A DNA stretch of 62,458 nucleotides, filler included, from Rhabdomonas costata (GCA_019059605.1; 25 parts of 25 records of this genome joined end to end with filler, not necessarily neighbours in it); one strand, 5' to 3'; positions 25,383-38,185 are shown, counted from the first letter of the whole stretch. The notes: generated by a model not told the origin, from the letters alone. Made by a program: numbers and translations.

Positions 25383-26350
25383 GGCGGAGTGGTAGCGAAG
25401 CTCATGGACAACGCTGCAGTGTGTGCGGCAGTAAAGCACTGTGGGCATGGCGCGGTGACGGCGAGAATAGACGCACTTTCTCTGAAGCACAGTGTGCTTC
25501 TGGGGGATGTGGTACATCGCCTTTCCTGCTCGGCTTTATGCTTTCTTCCAGCTGTGGTGTTCAATAATTTCCTCTTTTCGGATCATTTTTATAGTGTCCG
25601 CAAAGCCGTACAGGAATGCTGACCAAATTTGCAAATCAAAAAGTTTGGTGGCATTGCCGCGATGAGCCTTGGCCAAACTCGAAAGAGAAATACTCGTACT
25701 TGTCAAGTTTTGGTTCTTTGAATGGGGTGTGATTGTTTGAGCCATAAAGGAAAGGTGTCAATAGGTGGGGTCGCTTTACCGGCTTCTAATGGTTGAAGCT
25801 ATGTGGAGGTGTCTTGTTTCGAAGTGAAGTGCCCCTGTGGTCTCGTGTATTCGCGCGCACTTGCGTGTGTGGAAACCCGAGAACGATCACATATTTCAGA
25901 AAGAATAAATAACATGTTCCGACACCTTCCGAGGATGCACGAGAGTTCACGAGTTCAGGGATTCCATTCTTTTCCGCCAATTGTAGACCCACCGTCACCT
26001 CCGGACCACAGGTTTACGTTCATGCCACGCCGATCTTCGCTTCTGCTAAGTCACTGGACATTTACGTTGAGGTCGAGGTCGACCGGGTGTTCAGCACTCT
26101 GGGGAGTGACGAGCCTGGCCTTCCACACCCCCTCAAGGTGAACAGCGGCTGCTTCACCTTCGTTGCTCTGGACAAGAAGACAGAGCGGCCTATTAATGTT
26201 CCTCCCGTTTCCGCAACCACCCCCAGGCAGCGCGCTGCCGCGCAGTGGGCGAGAGCTCGGTATGACGCTCGGAAGGCGCGCAGCTCGGCTCTGGCGTGGG
26301 TCAGACCTGCTGCTGGTGGGACCCCGGAGAGTGTGACCCTCCCGAAGTAA
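25383..26350 (+). CDS. Acyl-CoA thioesterase (HotDog fold, ACOT7/YciA-like), last two exons 25383-25511, 26012-26350
   Basis: GGVVAKLMDNAAVCAAVKHCGHGAVTARIDALSLKHSVLLGDV|VYVHATPIFASAKSLDIYVEVEV...NSGCFTFVALDKKTERPINVPP...RYDARKAR...*. The GGxxxxLMD and FTFVALD motifs are present. Confidence 0.9.
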
Positions 26351-27244
26351 GAGCAACGGCTTGAAAAAGAAATAGTGTGTGTTCTGGAAGATTCTGACCC
26401 TATCTCAAGAATCTTCCGTGCTTTTTCGTTGCACCATGGCTTCTTTTTTTCTGTGCTGGTTGCTCTTTCATCTCACCCGAAACAAAGAGCAAGAGGGGAC
26501 GTCTGAAATATTTGGCCCCTGGTATCAGGTTTTGTGCGTCGTAAGGACTCGGGACTGTTTACTGTTTTGTAGAGGGCCTTCCTGCTACCTTGGTTTATCA
26601 GGCTGCATTCCATGAATGGGAGGATGTAGGTATGGTGTTCGTAACGGGTGACGCGGCTACAGTTGTGTATTTCTTTCCTTTTCTCTTCTTTATGAGATAT
26701 TTCATGAAATTGGTCGTCTTCATGGTCATAGGTCACTGTGTCTGAGGTCAAAGCACAGGGGCAAAAGCAGAAGAATGTGTGATTGAAATTGTGCTGTCAT
26801 CTCCTTTTTTTTTGGAGGGGGGGGGTATTCTCAGTTGAAGGAAGGGGAGCAGGGAAGCAGCGAGCGGAGTGAATTGAGAGTTGGGTTGTGGCTACGTGCC
26901 TGGTCGTTGACATCTGTATTTGTTCATCTGAGTTGTGAGCACCCACGTAAGCCTCCAGCAGCTGCCGTCGCAGCCTCTAATTCTCATTCCTTCAACTTAA
27001 CACACGGACAGAACTGCGCCCTCGGGTTGCCTTACCTCTCAAAAGCAGCGGTGGGCAGAAAATAGGTGAATGATAGTATCCTTGATTCGCCGAGCGAGCG
27101 AGAGAGAAGAGCGAGAGAGAGAGAGGGAGGGAGGAGAGAAACGGGAGGGAAGCCGTATCGGACTCCTTCTTCGGGAAAAGGGAAGAGAAATTCCATGGCT
27201 GCAACCCCAGAAACGGTCAGAAAACCGAGACGAATGCCGCACAC

Positions 27245-27355
27245 CCGTGCAGCAGTCCGACTGCACGCACGTCGTAGAGGCGCAGACGGTGGAGGAGGCC
27301 TTGCTGGAGTACCCGCTGGGGCAGGCGTAGCCGCTGCTGCCACACGTGGGGTTAG
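27245..27355 (-). CDS. Cys-rich extracellular module exon (6 Cys, phase 1-1)
   Basis: acacag|xNPTCGSSGYACPSGYSSKASSTVCASTTCVQSDCCT|gtgtgc, 111 nt. Not shown as such in the ORF track. Confidence 0.75.
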
Positions 27356-27706
27356 CTGTGTGTGCATATGTTGGGTGCGTACATGGGCACGTTCATAGGG
27401 GTATACCCAACATGCAGTTTTGAAACTCTCCCTTCGCCCAAAAAAACNNNNNNNNNNNNNNNNNNNNNNNNNNNNNNNNNNNNNNNNNNNNTTAATTAAT
27501 TAANNNNNNNNNNNNNNNNNNNNNNNNNNNNNNNNNNNNNNNNNNNNTGTGTTGGGTTGTTTGTGAGGTTAGGTATATGTGTTTTCTCTCGGAAAAAGTC
27601 TGAAACAGCAAAAAGATGTCGCTGTCCGCTAAGTTGAAGAGGGGGGGGGGGAGCTGGGGCCTTCTTGCTCAGCCTTTTTCAGCACCACAAGGAGGTCGAA
27701 GCGAAT

Positions 27707-29473
27707 CTAGAATGGTCCAATGATATGCCCACCAGGAGACACCCCAAAAGGCGCTAGGGAAGACGAAGGCCAGCGAGCACTGCCCAACAATTCATCCTCC
27801 ATCATTCCCTCGGACCTCAAGATGCGCGTCGTCTCCAACGCGAACAGGCTGCCGTCCTGGGACTTCATCCAAGAGGGAGCGGCCCCCTTGCGGCCCTTCA
27901 GCTGCCACTGCACGGCGGATTCCTCGGCCTGCCCGGGCACTTCCACCACACTGTCCACCCCTGGGAACGTCCCCACCACCCCTCCTCGCGGAAGCACGTC
28001 GGCGTCCCCTGTGTAAGAATAATGTGCGTATGCGACGGACGAGGACCATTCGAACCTAACATGGAAAATCCTATCAAAGCGTGGCAGCAACCAGCAAGGA
28101 GAGGTTCGCAGCCGCAGACATCGCGATGTCACCGAGTCGAGTTTCTCAAGCTTAAACCTCCACTATGGCTCGAAAGGTTCGGCCTTGGACCCTGGTCACT
28201 GTGAATTGTGAATCTGAGGGTACAAGTGGGCATGTTACGGGGGCAAGTCGACAGAAGGTGACAAAGTCGGACAGATGAAAGTGACGTTTCCGGAATGTGT
28301 GCAATTGTTTTAGTCCACACATAACATACCATTTCTTTCCAATACTCTGACACTGCGACTCCTGTCTGTCACAGCACAGCGCTTTACATGAAAATGTGGC
28401 ACTCCTATGCAAAAAACGCAAGAACAAACGCTCGTGTAGCACACCATGATACAGAGAAAAGTGCTGCCCAGGGGTTCCGGCCCAGCTCCACACTTCCTGG
28501 GCTGTGCCGCGGCCTGGGTCGATTCGTACTCGTACCAGACGGGAGAACGAAGGAGAGACACCAGAAAGGTTGGCGTGAAAGTTGTTGTCGAACAGGAGGT
28601 ACTCGTCAGGGGAGACACGGGTTACGGCGTGGGCGTGCCAAAACAGTCCCGTGACATCTCTTCCCTGCCTGTCCCGAAAGAGTAGAAACCACAGAGTACT
28701 TCAAAAGCTTAGCTGGGAGTGAAAAGATAAAGCGCACGCACGATCTCCGCAAAGGCATTCGGGCAGATGGCATAGAGGGGAGCGATGTGCGAAATACTGA
28801 AAAGGTGCAGAGAGAGAATTATTTCGAGTCGAACGTATTTTTGGAAGAGTCAGGCGTCAGAAGTGGATGAGAACGTGCACCCCCCTCCCCAAAAAAAAGT
28901 ACGATGCCGCTGGCACTTTTGGAAGCATCTTCAACTCGATAACTTTGAATTCCCACCTGGGTCAGGCACGTAATTATCGCGCCGGAATCCAAAGGTTTGG
29001 ATTGACGTTCACCAACCTACACTGTTGCAGCGTCTTTGAGAGCAGACTGCCTGCCGGTGAGACAAGGTGTGTTGGAAGGTGGCGGCTTTCGCTTTTTCCA
29101 CCATCTTAGCGATCGAGCGCGTAAGTGTGGTGGCCGAGTGGTCTCTGAGCAAACCTGTCGAGCATCTTTAGAGAGCCCAGCCGTCCGCATGACCAAAGCA
29201 CTCTCCCAGTAGACCGCTGCACCATAAAGAAGGTGTCCAGGTGCCGCGAATTCACCACCACGGCGTCGCCCTGTGGATCGTAGTACACGGAGTTGAAGTG
29301 CACGTAATCCACGGCCCGGGTCCCGGGAAACCGCTGCCGGAGATCCTCGCACTCGTCCCGGAAGGTGCACCTCGCGGTGTGAGCGTGGAGGTCCGACGGC
29401 GAGAACGGGATGTGTTCCAGCACAGACCAGTGCCACAACACGGAACCGGTCAGGTCAACCTCAATGAGGTCAT
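27707..29473 (-). CDS. Arylsulfotransferase (ASST)-family protein; exons 29473-29155, 28668-28445, 28008-~27707
   Basis: DLIEVDLTGSVLWHWS...DYVHFNSVYYDPQGDAVVVNSRHLDTFFMVQRSTGRVLWSCG|...FWHAHAV...LLFDN...SRLVRVRIDP...AQEVWSW...G|DADVLPRG. These are the HxNS, SRH, (Q)H, FDN and GDAxxLP motifs of ASST. Phase-compatible GT-AG introns; 3' end uncertain. Confidence 0.85.
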
Positions 29474-30903
29474 CTGAGGGCAGAAAGAGAAGAAGTTGAA
29501 AAGAAGAAGGAGCGAAACAAAAGTGTTGCTGTTCAGTTGTTCACGAGCGTTCCAATGCCATAGAAAAATCATTGGAGAGATTTTGGCAATCGTAGACCAT
29601 CGAAGTGTGTGGACCCTACTGTTCAACTATTGCATCTTGGGAGAACATCCGAAGAACATCATTGACATCACACCATAGGAGAACAAATTGAGTGAGTTAC
29701 ATGGCGTCATGTTATAAGGGTGAGTCACAGCTGAAGAAATACTTCTGAAAAAATGACCTCGGAACCAGAAATGCGAGGTTTAATTACACTCCTAAGGTCC
29801 GAAAAAGGCTGAAAATTTCCTGACACACCAAGCACACCAAAAAGTCGCTGGTCATGTGTGAAACCCATGTCATTATGCCGCCTTTCAGTGCGCCGCTTCG
29901 AAGATGCGAAGATGTCACCCGTTCCCAACAGCTATGCTGTCCAAACCCATNNNNNNNNNNNNNNNNNNNNNNNNNNNNNNNNNNNNNNNNNNNNTTAATT
30001 AATTAANNNNNNNNNNNNNNNNNNNNNNNNNNNNNNNNNNNNNNNNNNNNGTTTTGGTGGGAGTCTATAAAAACCGGGGATAGTGGGGACATCGGACTCC
30101 TATTCAGTGCTTCACTGTTGGAACCACTTCAGAGTACCGAGGAAACGAGGGTGGACTCAACGGACTCGCCCAATTCTGGCTCTGCCCAAAATCAATCTGG
30201 TGGCATCCCTGAACATCAAGGGCCCATATTTAGTTTTTAATGGAGTCTCTTTGAAGGACTGGACGGAGTATTCACCGCAAATCTCACCTTTTTTCAGCTT
30301 TCTTAGGGGCTTCTTTGACTTTTGGTCTCCCTCAAAACTGACAGCAGTCAGAATGAGGTGGCGCCCCAGAGAGAAGCCCAGCTGCACGGCAGGGTCAATG
30401 CTAGAAAAATAGACGGAGTGAGTGAGTATGTAATACCCTTAATAACCTTAGTTTAGATTGAGGTAGATCGATAAACCTGCGGACTCCTCCCCCTAAACAC
30501 TAACCTCGAATTTCCGAAAAAGATCATACTGAGAAAACCAAAACCCACTGGCATGAGATACATCGCAACAAAGAGTTTCGCAGAGAAGACCGAAACCCTG
30601 AGAAGCTGAGTGGAGGGTAACAATGATTCTGGTGCGGAAATGCAATACTCGGAAAGGGAACTGGAGATATGCATACAAAAAACGCCACAAACGCCACAAC
30701 CCGCAAAGGGAAGACACCCACACCGAAGAATGGGCAGCACCTCTAGAGTAGAGGGAGCCACAGACACTAAGTAAGTATCTTTATGCACACAATGCAACGC
30801 AGAATTCAGAAAAGACCACATCCACACCACCACAACCACCACCACCACCCACACAAAGTGAAGCTAAGATCCCGCTGTGGGGATTCCGTTACCCAAAAAC
30901 ATT

Positions 30904-32413
30904 TTACAAGTAGAGCGCAATCGCCCGCCGGATCGGGCGCCGGCAGAACGGGCAGCACGGCCTCACCGAGGTCGAGGACTGCAAGTGCTGACGGAGGCAG
31001 TCCGAGCAAAGCACGTGGCCGCACCCATCGAACACCACCGAGGGAACCATGGTCAGGCAGACAGGGCACCTGGAGTCGTCCGCGGAGGCTTCCCTGGATC
31101 CGGCACCCGCCCCAGCAACTCACACCATTCTCCATCGTTCGAGACATGGATTTAGCTGACCAAGTGGGCCGGGTGACATTGAGGCTTCCGTTTGAATTGC
31201 CTTGCCTGCAAGGGAGCTGCGCGCGCGCTTCCTTCTCCTTATGCACGCCCCCCCTCCACACACGATCTGGGTCCATTCCGCGTTTTGTTTAGTTGGTTCA
31301 TATCTTGTCAAACAGGTGAATCTGTGACACCACAACCTGCCAAGTAACTAACTCAGTGCCCCAGATATTTCCACATCTCTTTTATTTATTTGGGATCTGG
31401 GACATAAACGCGACATACTGCACCGGAGTCTGTATAGTGGCAGGAACCTCGGGTTTTCATGAGTGATCACTCGCCACGAGCATAAATCCGATGGGAGGTT
31501 AGGGGGAAATGGACCCCCGTCTCCCTGCTAATCAGCTGAGCAACATGACCTTTTACAAACAGCGAAGAGAATGGTTGGTTCCAAGTTGCACAGGTGGTTC
31601 AAGTGAAAAGTGCACACAAACGTGGACACAAAACAGCTATGCTCACTTGGAAAGAAGCCTTCCAAATGGAAACAATCTGAAACCAGGACATGGCTTGGTG
31701 CAGGTCCTTTGGAAATGTCGGGTGAGAAAAACAGAGCGGATACCTGGAGGGGCGATATGCCGGAATTTCCACCAAGACAACCTGCATACAAAAGGAATTC
31801 CAGGGTATACAATCGGAAGACTCCAAACATCAAAGGGCAACTCACAGGAAAGGGCACCTCAGTTATGGGTGCCTGAGTCGGTGAAAGTTCTTGGACCCTT
31901 GCCCTGGGGATCAGCGGGTGATCGCTCAGGGCTGGCATGTCGTACAGGCTTTCAGCCAAGGTCAAACTTCTGTACAAATCCGCAGCCGAGTGGGAGGCAA
32001 CGGCAACAGAGCCGCCCATTAGATAGCACCTGCCGACAAAAAAAGAGGTGCTGCAGTTGGTGCACAAGACAAGACATGACAATGTGTGCACACAAAGGAG
32101 GAGAACAGCCTCTGGCAAATTTTTTTTTTTTTGCGATTATAAAGGCAAAGTGATAACTATAACATGGCGTAGGGAGAGACCTGCAGGCCTGCAAAAACTC
32201 ATTGCGGAGCTTCTTGTGTTCACCTGCGGCAGAACCAAAAAGAGACATTCGCACGAGTTCTTCTAAAAAAAAGACGCTCAATAACACAGGGAAGCACATA
32301 GGATGGGGCGCATACGCTGTGCCTGCCGAAGCTTGAGCCTTGGGCCAAGCCTGGTGAACTCCAGCTGCCTGTCGTCAATATCCAGAAACCCCTCATAGGC
32401 GATTCCACGCCGA
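30904..32413 (-). CDS. SAM-like + C-terminal C3HC4 RING protein (putative E3 ligase); exons 32413-32316, 32223-32181, 32029-31858, (unresolved), 31093-30904
   Basis: The terminal exon encodes CPVCLTMVPSVVFDGCGHVLCSDCLRQHLQSSTSVRPCCPFCRRPIRRAIALYL*, a RING finger missed by the ORF track. An upstream exon, RGIAYEGFLDIDDRQLEFTRLGPRLKLRQA, resembles a SAM domain. Confidence 0.78.
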
Positions 32414-32553
32414 CTGCGAGGAATCCAAGCAGAACACCACCAATTTATTGTGGNNNNNNNNNNNNNNNNNNNNNNNNNNNNNNNNNNNNNNNNNNNNTTA
32501 ATTAATTAANNNNNNNNNNNNNNNNNNNNNNNNNNNNNNNNNNNNNNNNNNNN

Positions 32554-34957
32554 TGTGGGGATTTCTTACCGAGCTCATCTTTTATTTGACTTTCCTCACT
32601 TACGAACTTCTCTTCTGCCACATGCTGCTCTTCTTGTGCCTCTTCCCTTTGAATCTACCCATCCCTTGTTATTTTCTCGCTGCCTCGCCCGGGCTTTTGC
32701 CACCACTCGGATCTCCGTGTCGGGCTTCACTCCATTACTCTTCCACGTATATAACTTCATTGCCTGACGGTTTTCCCTCTTATTCCGAGAGTAGAGGCCT
32801 TCACATGATACCAAAACCCCTCCGCCTTGGCCTCCAGCTGTCGCTATGCACTTCCATGCCAGGGTTTCACACTTTGGTAGGCGCACTCGGTATGCTTCTC
32901 CTCGTTTTGCTGCCACCAGGAACTGCTCCAAGCGCTCTCAGTCCGCTACTTCTCTACAAGCCCCGCCGCCATCAAACTCCTCGTCCACAGCTTGCTCGTC
33001 CACAGCGGCGTCCTGAATCCATGGCGTCCTCTGCACACGCACTCTCTTTTCTCCTATAAAGGGTCTGCTTCTTAAAAAGGTCGTTTATCATTCACTGCAA
33101 AAGAATGCTGTTGAGCTTCAATTGTATCTTCGCAACTCTAGTGCTTCTGCTTTGTACATGTGTACACGGCGCTTTGTAACTGCACAGCACACGTCGGAAG
33201 AAGATAAATGTAGTAGAAAATAAAAAGTCAGCATGGTGAGTCGACAGAAATTTTGTAGTTTCTTGGATGCTTGTTTAGTTTGGAGCTCAAAGGAGTTCGT
33301 TCGAAGAGCAAAGTTCTGTTGAGGCTTTGAAAGTGCTCAACAAAACTGTGTGAGAGCAGTGGAACGGCGAGTCTGCAGCAGGCAGTTGTGCAGATCAAAG
33401 GCCGGTGGAGAAGCAAATGTGAAAAGCAGGTTTCTCAGAGGAGAAGTTTCAGAAAGAGAGTTCAGAAATAGAAATGGAGCAGAGACGGTGAATCTTCGAG
33501 CAAAGTGCTGGCAGCTCATGCGGCGGAAAACAAAAAGGAGAAGGCGCGGGAGGACGGTGATGAGGATAGTTGTGATGAGGACAAGGCCGCAGATCTGATC
33601 ACACGACGAGGTTTGGAGAATTTGAGCCAGAAGGCAGCCCCGGGATGACAGGGAAGTGGCAGCAAAGTGCAGCAGGCGGAGGTCTGAGGCAGCAAGGCCC
33701 CGTCCAGCAGCGCCAGTTGAGTAGAAGGCCTTGGAAAAGCGCAGTGGGACCTAGGTGCTACATGGCAATCCAACGAGAAGAAGCAGAGCTGAATGGCAAG
33801 CCGACGAAAAGAAGCAGAGCGGGAGAGCAAGCCGACAGAGCGTGACGAGAAGCTGAAGAAGAACAACCCCGCGAGAGCAGAGCAGAGCAAAAAACAGCCC
33901 GAAGCCGATGTCAGCGCAGAGGAAAGGAAAGAGAGACAGTTCAAAGAGAAAAGAGAAGAGCAGCCCGATCCAAAAAGGACAGAAAAGCCAGAAGCAGAGA
34001 GCGAGAGCATATATCAGGAGAGAGAAAAGTGGGACAAAGGAGGCCAAAGCGCAGAGATAGAGACAGCTAGAAGAAGGGATAAAATGGATGGAGCAAAAGA
34101 GAAGCAAAAGATCCAGCAGTATTAGCAGTAAAAAGGCTGAGTTTGAGCAGAAAGCCGAGCAAAAGAGAAGCCAGGAGACAAATGGAAGGGCATCCAAAAG
34201 GAAGAAGCGGAGTTTCAGAAGATTGCAGGTTCGCAAGATGAAGGAAAGTAAGGAGAAGAGAAAGCAGCAAAAGAAATTGAGGTGAAAGGGGGTTTTCTTA
34301 GAGTCGGAGCGCCGGAGGCTCAGTAGGAAGATGGGCGCGGCGGGAAAAGAATCGGATCGCAACCAGAAGGTTGAAAGCGTAGAGAAGATGGCATTCGCAC
34401 AAGAACTATCTTGAAAGAGTTCGACATAGAGAACGAGGTGGAGCAAGGAATCTCCCAAAAGCAGGGAGGATTCCGAGGATTCCGGCTTTGGGTGAGATGC
34501 CGTTTCACACACAAAGGTACCGGCAGAGTTACCGAGAGGGTTCAAGGAAGTACGCCGCAGCGGAAGCACAGAAGCACAAAAAGGCCGAATCTAAGAGAGG
34601 CGCGGGCAGACGAGTTCAAGATAACCCAGAGATATAGCAAGACAGAAACAAAAAAAGGGTTGAAGGCCCCCGTCGACACCAACGCGGCGAAGAAAAAATC
34701 GCGAAGGTCACACCACTTCCATCTAACCGGCGTTGCGAACTCAAAAATGGCCACAAATGGTCCGACAACAATGGCCACCTAAAATGGATGCTGATGTGCT
34801 CCAAATCTATCCCTATTCCCTATCCCGCTTAATGTCTTTGACCCTATGCTGGACACCAACACTACCATACCGCACCAACCTCTGTGGAGTCATCTGTCAA
34901 GATTTCCGCGCAAGATTTCCCACGCAAACTTTGGCGGAGCCACGTGGATTGCAACCA
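32554..34957 (+). mobile_element. Possible decayed non-LTR retrotransposon fragments with a purine-rich K/E low-complexity tract
   Basis: Broken frames with weak GDFNAR-like remnants (AVAMHFHARV ~32840, GVICQDFRAR ~34890) flank an A/G-rich stop-riddled tract at 33400-34500. Confidence 0.3.
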
Positions 34958-36431
34958 NNNNNNNNNNNNNNNNNNNNNNNNNNNNNNNNNNNNNNNNNNN
35001 NTTAATTAATTAANNNNNNNNNNNNNNNNNNNNNNNNNNNNNNNNNNNNNNNNNNNNCAGCTCAAAAACCGCTCCATCGCTGTGGTCAACAGCCTGCGAT
35101 GACCACCAGAATGACGTTTAATACATAGGGCAATGTGGGCAAACGTGGGAGTGGTGGTGCTATCCTCAGATATTTTGTAGGTTACAGTACTTGGGCTGCG
35201 CCCGTGGTTTGAGGGGAATATCCTCACACGTCCCAACGGTGAGTACGGTGTATCTAGCACATCCGGGACTCAACCCACAAAAAAGAATGGAAAAACAAGA
35301 AAAAGACCAATGATTGGAAAAGCCATTCAAATGCTACAGCCTCTGAAAAGCCCTAAACAAATTTCTCCTTCAGCTCTCTATGTTTGCAATGTCTGTAACG
35401 TGAAATAAAAACGTATTCAAGTCCCTCTAACACTAGAAATCCGTGTGTGTGTGTGTGTGTGTGTTGAGAGCATAAGACACTGGCTGATTGGAAGCTGATG
35501 TCTCCCACATCCAATGATCCCTTTAGAGAGAAGAACTACAGTAACATAGGGCATGTCCGCACAAAAGGGGCGTCAACCCGGGGTGGTACCTTGTCTTCGC
35601 GTGGGGAGTATGTGCATAAAAAACTAGAACGAATAGAACCCTGTTTCCATTCTCCCACAGCAAAAAATGGCTTCCTTTCCTTTCATCGACTCCATACATC
35701 AGTGATATGCTCCGGCGCTGCTCTGAGGAGCGTGCCAAATGAGCGTCACTCACGAGCAGAAGCATTGCACAGGCTAGCTGGGTCTGCAACTCCCGGATCA
35801 CATCCTGGAGCACTGGAGGGCAGCTCGGGGTAGCCTCCAGCGCTGCTCCCAGAAGCCCACAAGCCTACAACAAGCACGCCAACCTCTGAATATGGGTGTG
35901 CGGTGCGTGGGCGCGCGCAAAAATCAACTATGCCTTCAAAATGCCTTTGCTTGGTGCCTTGATCCGGTCACTGCACTGCGGCAGCTCCTGGAGTCCACTG
36001 CTGCCACTGTTATAATGGTCGGTGCTTTTTTGTGCTTCGCAGAGCGAGGGAGCCACATGGCATTTCTTCCAAGAAGTCGCGGACGCTGGGGTTGTGGCTG
36101 CCCTGGGCGTTGGCACTGCAGCTCGCAGACGGGGAGACCAAAGCAGGAGCCGCGTTCTAGTTGTGCGTTTGTATGCACACCCCCGTGAGAGAATTCGAAG
36201 GTATTGTGAGAAGGCTGGCCCCATCCCATTAATTAGCTGTCATGTGTGCGGGCTGGGGGCTGAGGGTTGAGGGCTGGAGTGGAGTACGAGATATTAATCC
36301 TTTCAAAGGAAGATATGCATTGCAGCGGAGCACACATTGATGGAGAATCACTACCCCTCAACCTATCCTGCCCTGATAAACAAAAGAGGGAGGGTAACAC
36401 GAAGGAATTTGAACAGAGAGGGCACGAGACC

Positions 36432-37077
36432 GCTACAGCTCTCGAGAAGTTCCGGCTGGCCTCAGCGGTCGGTGGCTCTTCTGAGGGCTTCGTCTGAAGC
36501 ATCGTCTCCAGAAGGTGGGTGAGCAAAGGACGGCACAGGGAAGGCTCTGTAATCACAGCCTGCAGCGCTGCTCGGACTCCCCTAAAAAAACGAAAAGATC
36601 GAACCTCGTTGTGCAGTGGTTAATATCCACGGTGCTTGGAATGCATATGCAATGAGATGAAAATGCAACGGCACCTTCATTCCTCCCACCCAAACACAAA
36701 AAACCACGAAAAATGAAAGAGGAAGAATCTGTTGCCTAGTCCACCCCAATTGCCCTGAAAACCGACAAGCATCCGCGGCAAGCCAAGCCCAGTCTTAGCA
36801 GTTCCGAAGTCACCGGGATGGAGTTGTAAACACATAAACACAAATGAGTGCGTGCCGGAGTGGCGTGCATACGGCTCCGGGGGGTGAGGGAAGCCCATCA
36901 GCACGTCCAAGGTGGGCAGAGGGTGCAGCCTGGCTAGGGCCCTCACGCAGAACAAGCAGCCCTGCCACGTCCGCGAGCTGGGCTGCAGCGCGGGCAGGAC
37001 CTCCACGAAGGCGCCGAGATACCGCGGGACCTGCAGAAGGGCCAGCAACAGGTCAGGGTTCTGGGTGTGGCTAGCAG
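36432..37077 (-). CDS. Hypothetical helical (ARM/HEAT-like?) protein, internal exons
   Basis: GC3-rich Leu-rich frames (NPDLLLALLQVPRYLGAFVEVLPAL...; AVITEPSLCRPLLTHLLETMLQ...) after YAG acceptors. Boundaries are tentative. Confidence 0.4.
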
Positions 37078-37807
37078 CTGCGGAAGCAGCACCGAAAGCG
37101 GGCTGCTTCAGCAGCGTTCCGCAATCGCGTTTCCCCTCACCTAACTCTGTGCAAGCCATCACTTCAGCCCATGACACCGCATTTCCCCTTGCCATGTCAT
37201 CTGATACGCCGTGCTTCCTTATTAGGTAAGATGTGCCGCTGAGGTTTACTAATTAAGAACCGCTGGGTCACTGATTGTCAAGACATCTCCTTGTCCAAGC
37301 CACTATATCGCTACTGCCCAATGTTGTTGGGCTGGACTGTTGCAGTCGAGGACGTTGCTATACAAAAAAATTCTGTGCCCAGTCTGGGTCACTCTCAATG
37401 GCTTTGCCACAGTGGTTGACCTTTTCGTTTTGTTGTTACCCAGTTTGACAACCCCCCACNNNNNNNNNNNNNNNNNNNNNNNNNNNNNNNNNNNNNNNNN
37501 NNNTTAATTAATTAANNNNNNNNNNNNNNNNNNNNNNNNNNNNNNNNNNNNNNNNNNNNAAAACCCAATTGCCGTGCATGCCCCATTTTACGAACTCTTG
37601 ACTTCCGTCGATAATATCATCGGTCGCAGTTGTTCATCAGCCGCCTTTTTTGTGCTAAAAAAAACTTCGGCTTTTACTGTTTTTCCTAAAACTTTTGTGA
37701 ACTTCCCCCAATTCACGAGAGAAAACGACCCACAGTGCCAACAGACAACATCCAAACGGAAAAGCATAAACAGAAATAACAAGAATGCAAAATGCAAAAC
37801 CCACGCG

Positions 37808-37864
37808 TCAGCAGAAAGGTTGTTCTCATTGCAATCGACCGCAAATTGCTCATTCTGCCATCAC
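37808..37864 (-). ncRNA. Box C/D snoRNA, U16/SNORD16/snR87-like, copy A (in RPS19 intron)
   Basis: Minus strand: GTGATGG(C)-cagaat-gagcaatttgcg(guide)-g-TCGA(D')-ttgcaatgagaacaacctttctg-CTGA(D). Confidence 0.75.
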
Positions 37865-38127
37865 TCGTCGGGTCAAAATACAAAGAAAGCAAAATAGGAG
37901 AAAAACTAACAGAAACACCATCAACCCCAATGTTAGCAGTGCCTCTACCGCACTGCCTCTACCCGTGGAAGGCGTGGGCGTGTTGCCCAAAAAAAAAATC
38001 TGGTACAATAACCCCTTGAGATGAAACATGCCAAGAGTAACACGGTGAAGCGAGCCATGTCACACACAGCTACTTCTTGTCCAATAGCAAAAGAAAAAAC
38101 GGGCGAAGCGCAAGCATTCACTGAGTG

Positions 38128-38185
38128 TCAACAGAAAAGGTTGTTCTCATTGCATTCAATCGCAAATTGCTCAGTACGCCATCAT
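38128..38185 (-). ncRNA. Box C/D snoRNA, U16-like, copy B (in RPS19 intron)
   Basis: ATGATGG-cgtact-gagcaatttgcg-a-TTGA-atgcaatgagaacaaccttttctg-TTGA. Confidence 0.7.
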
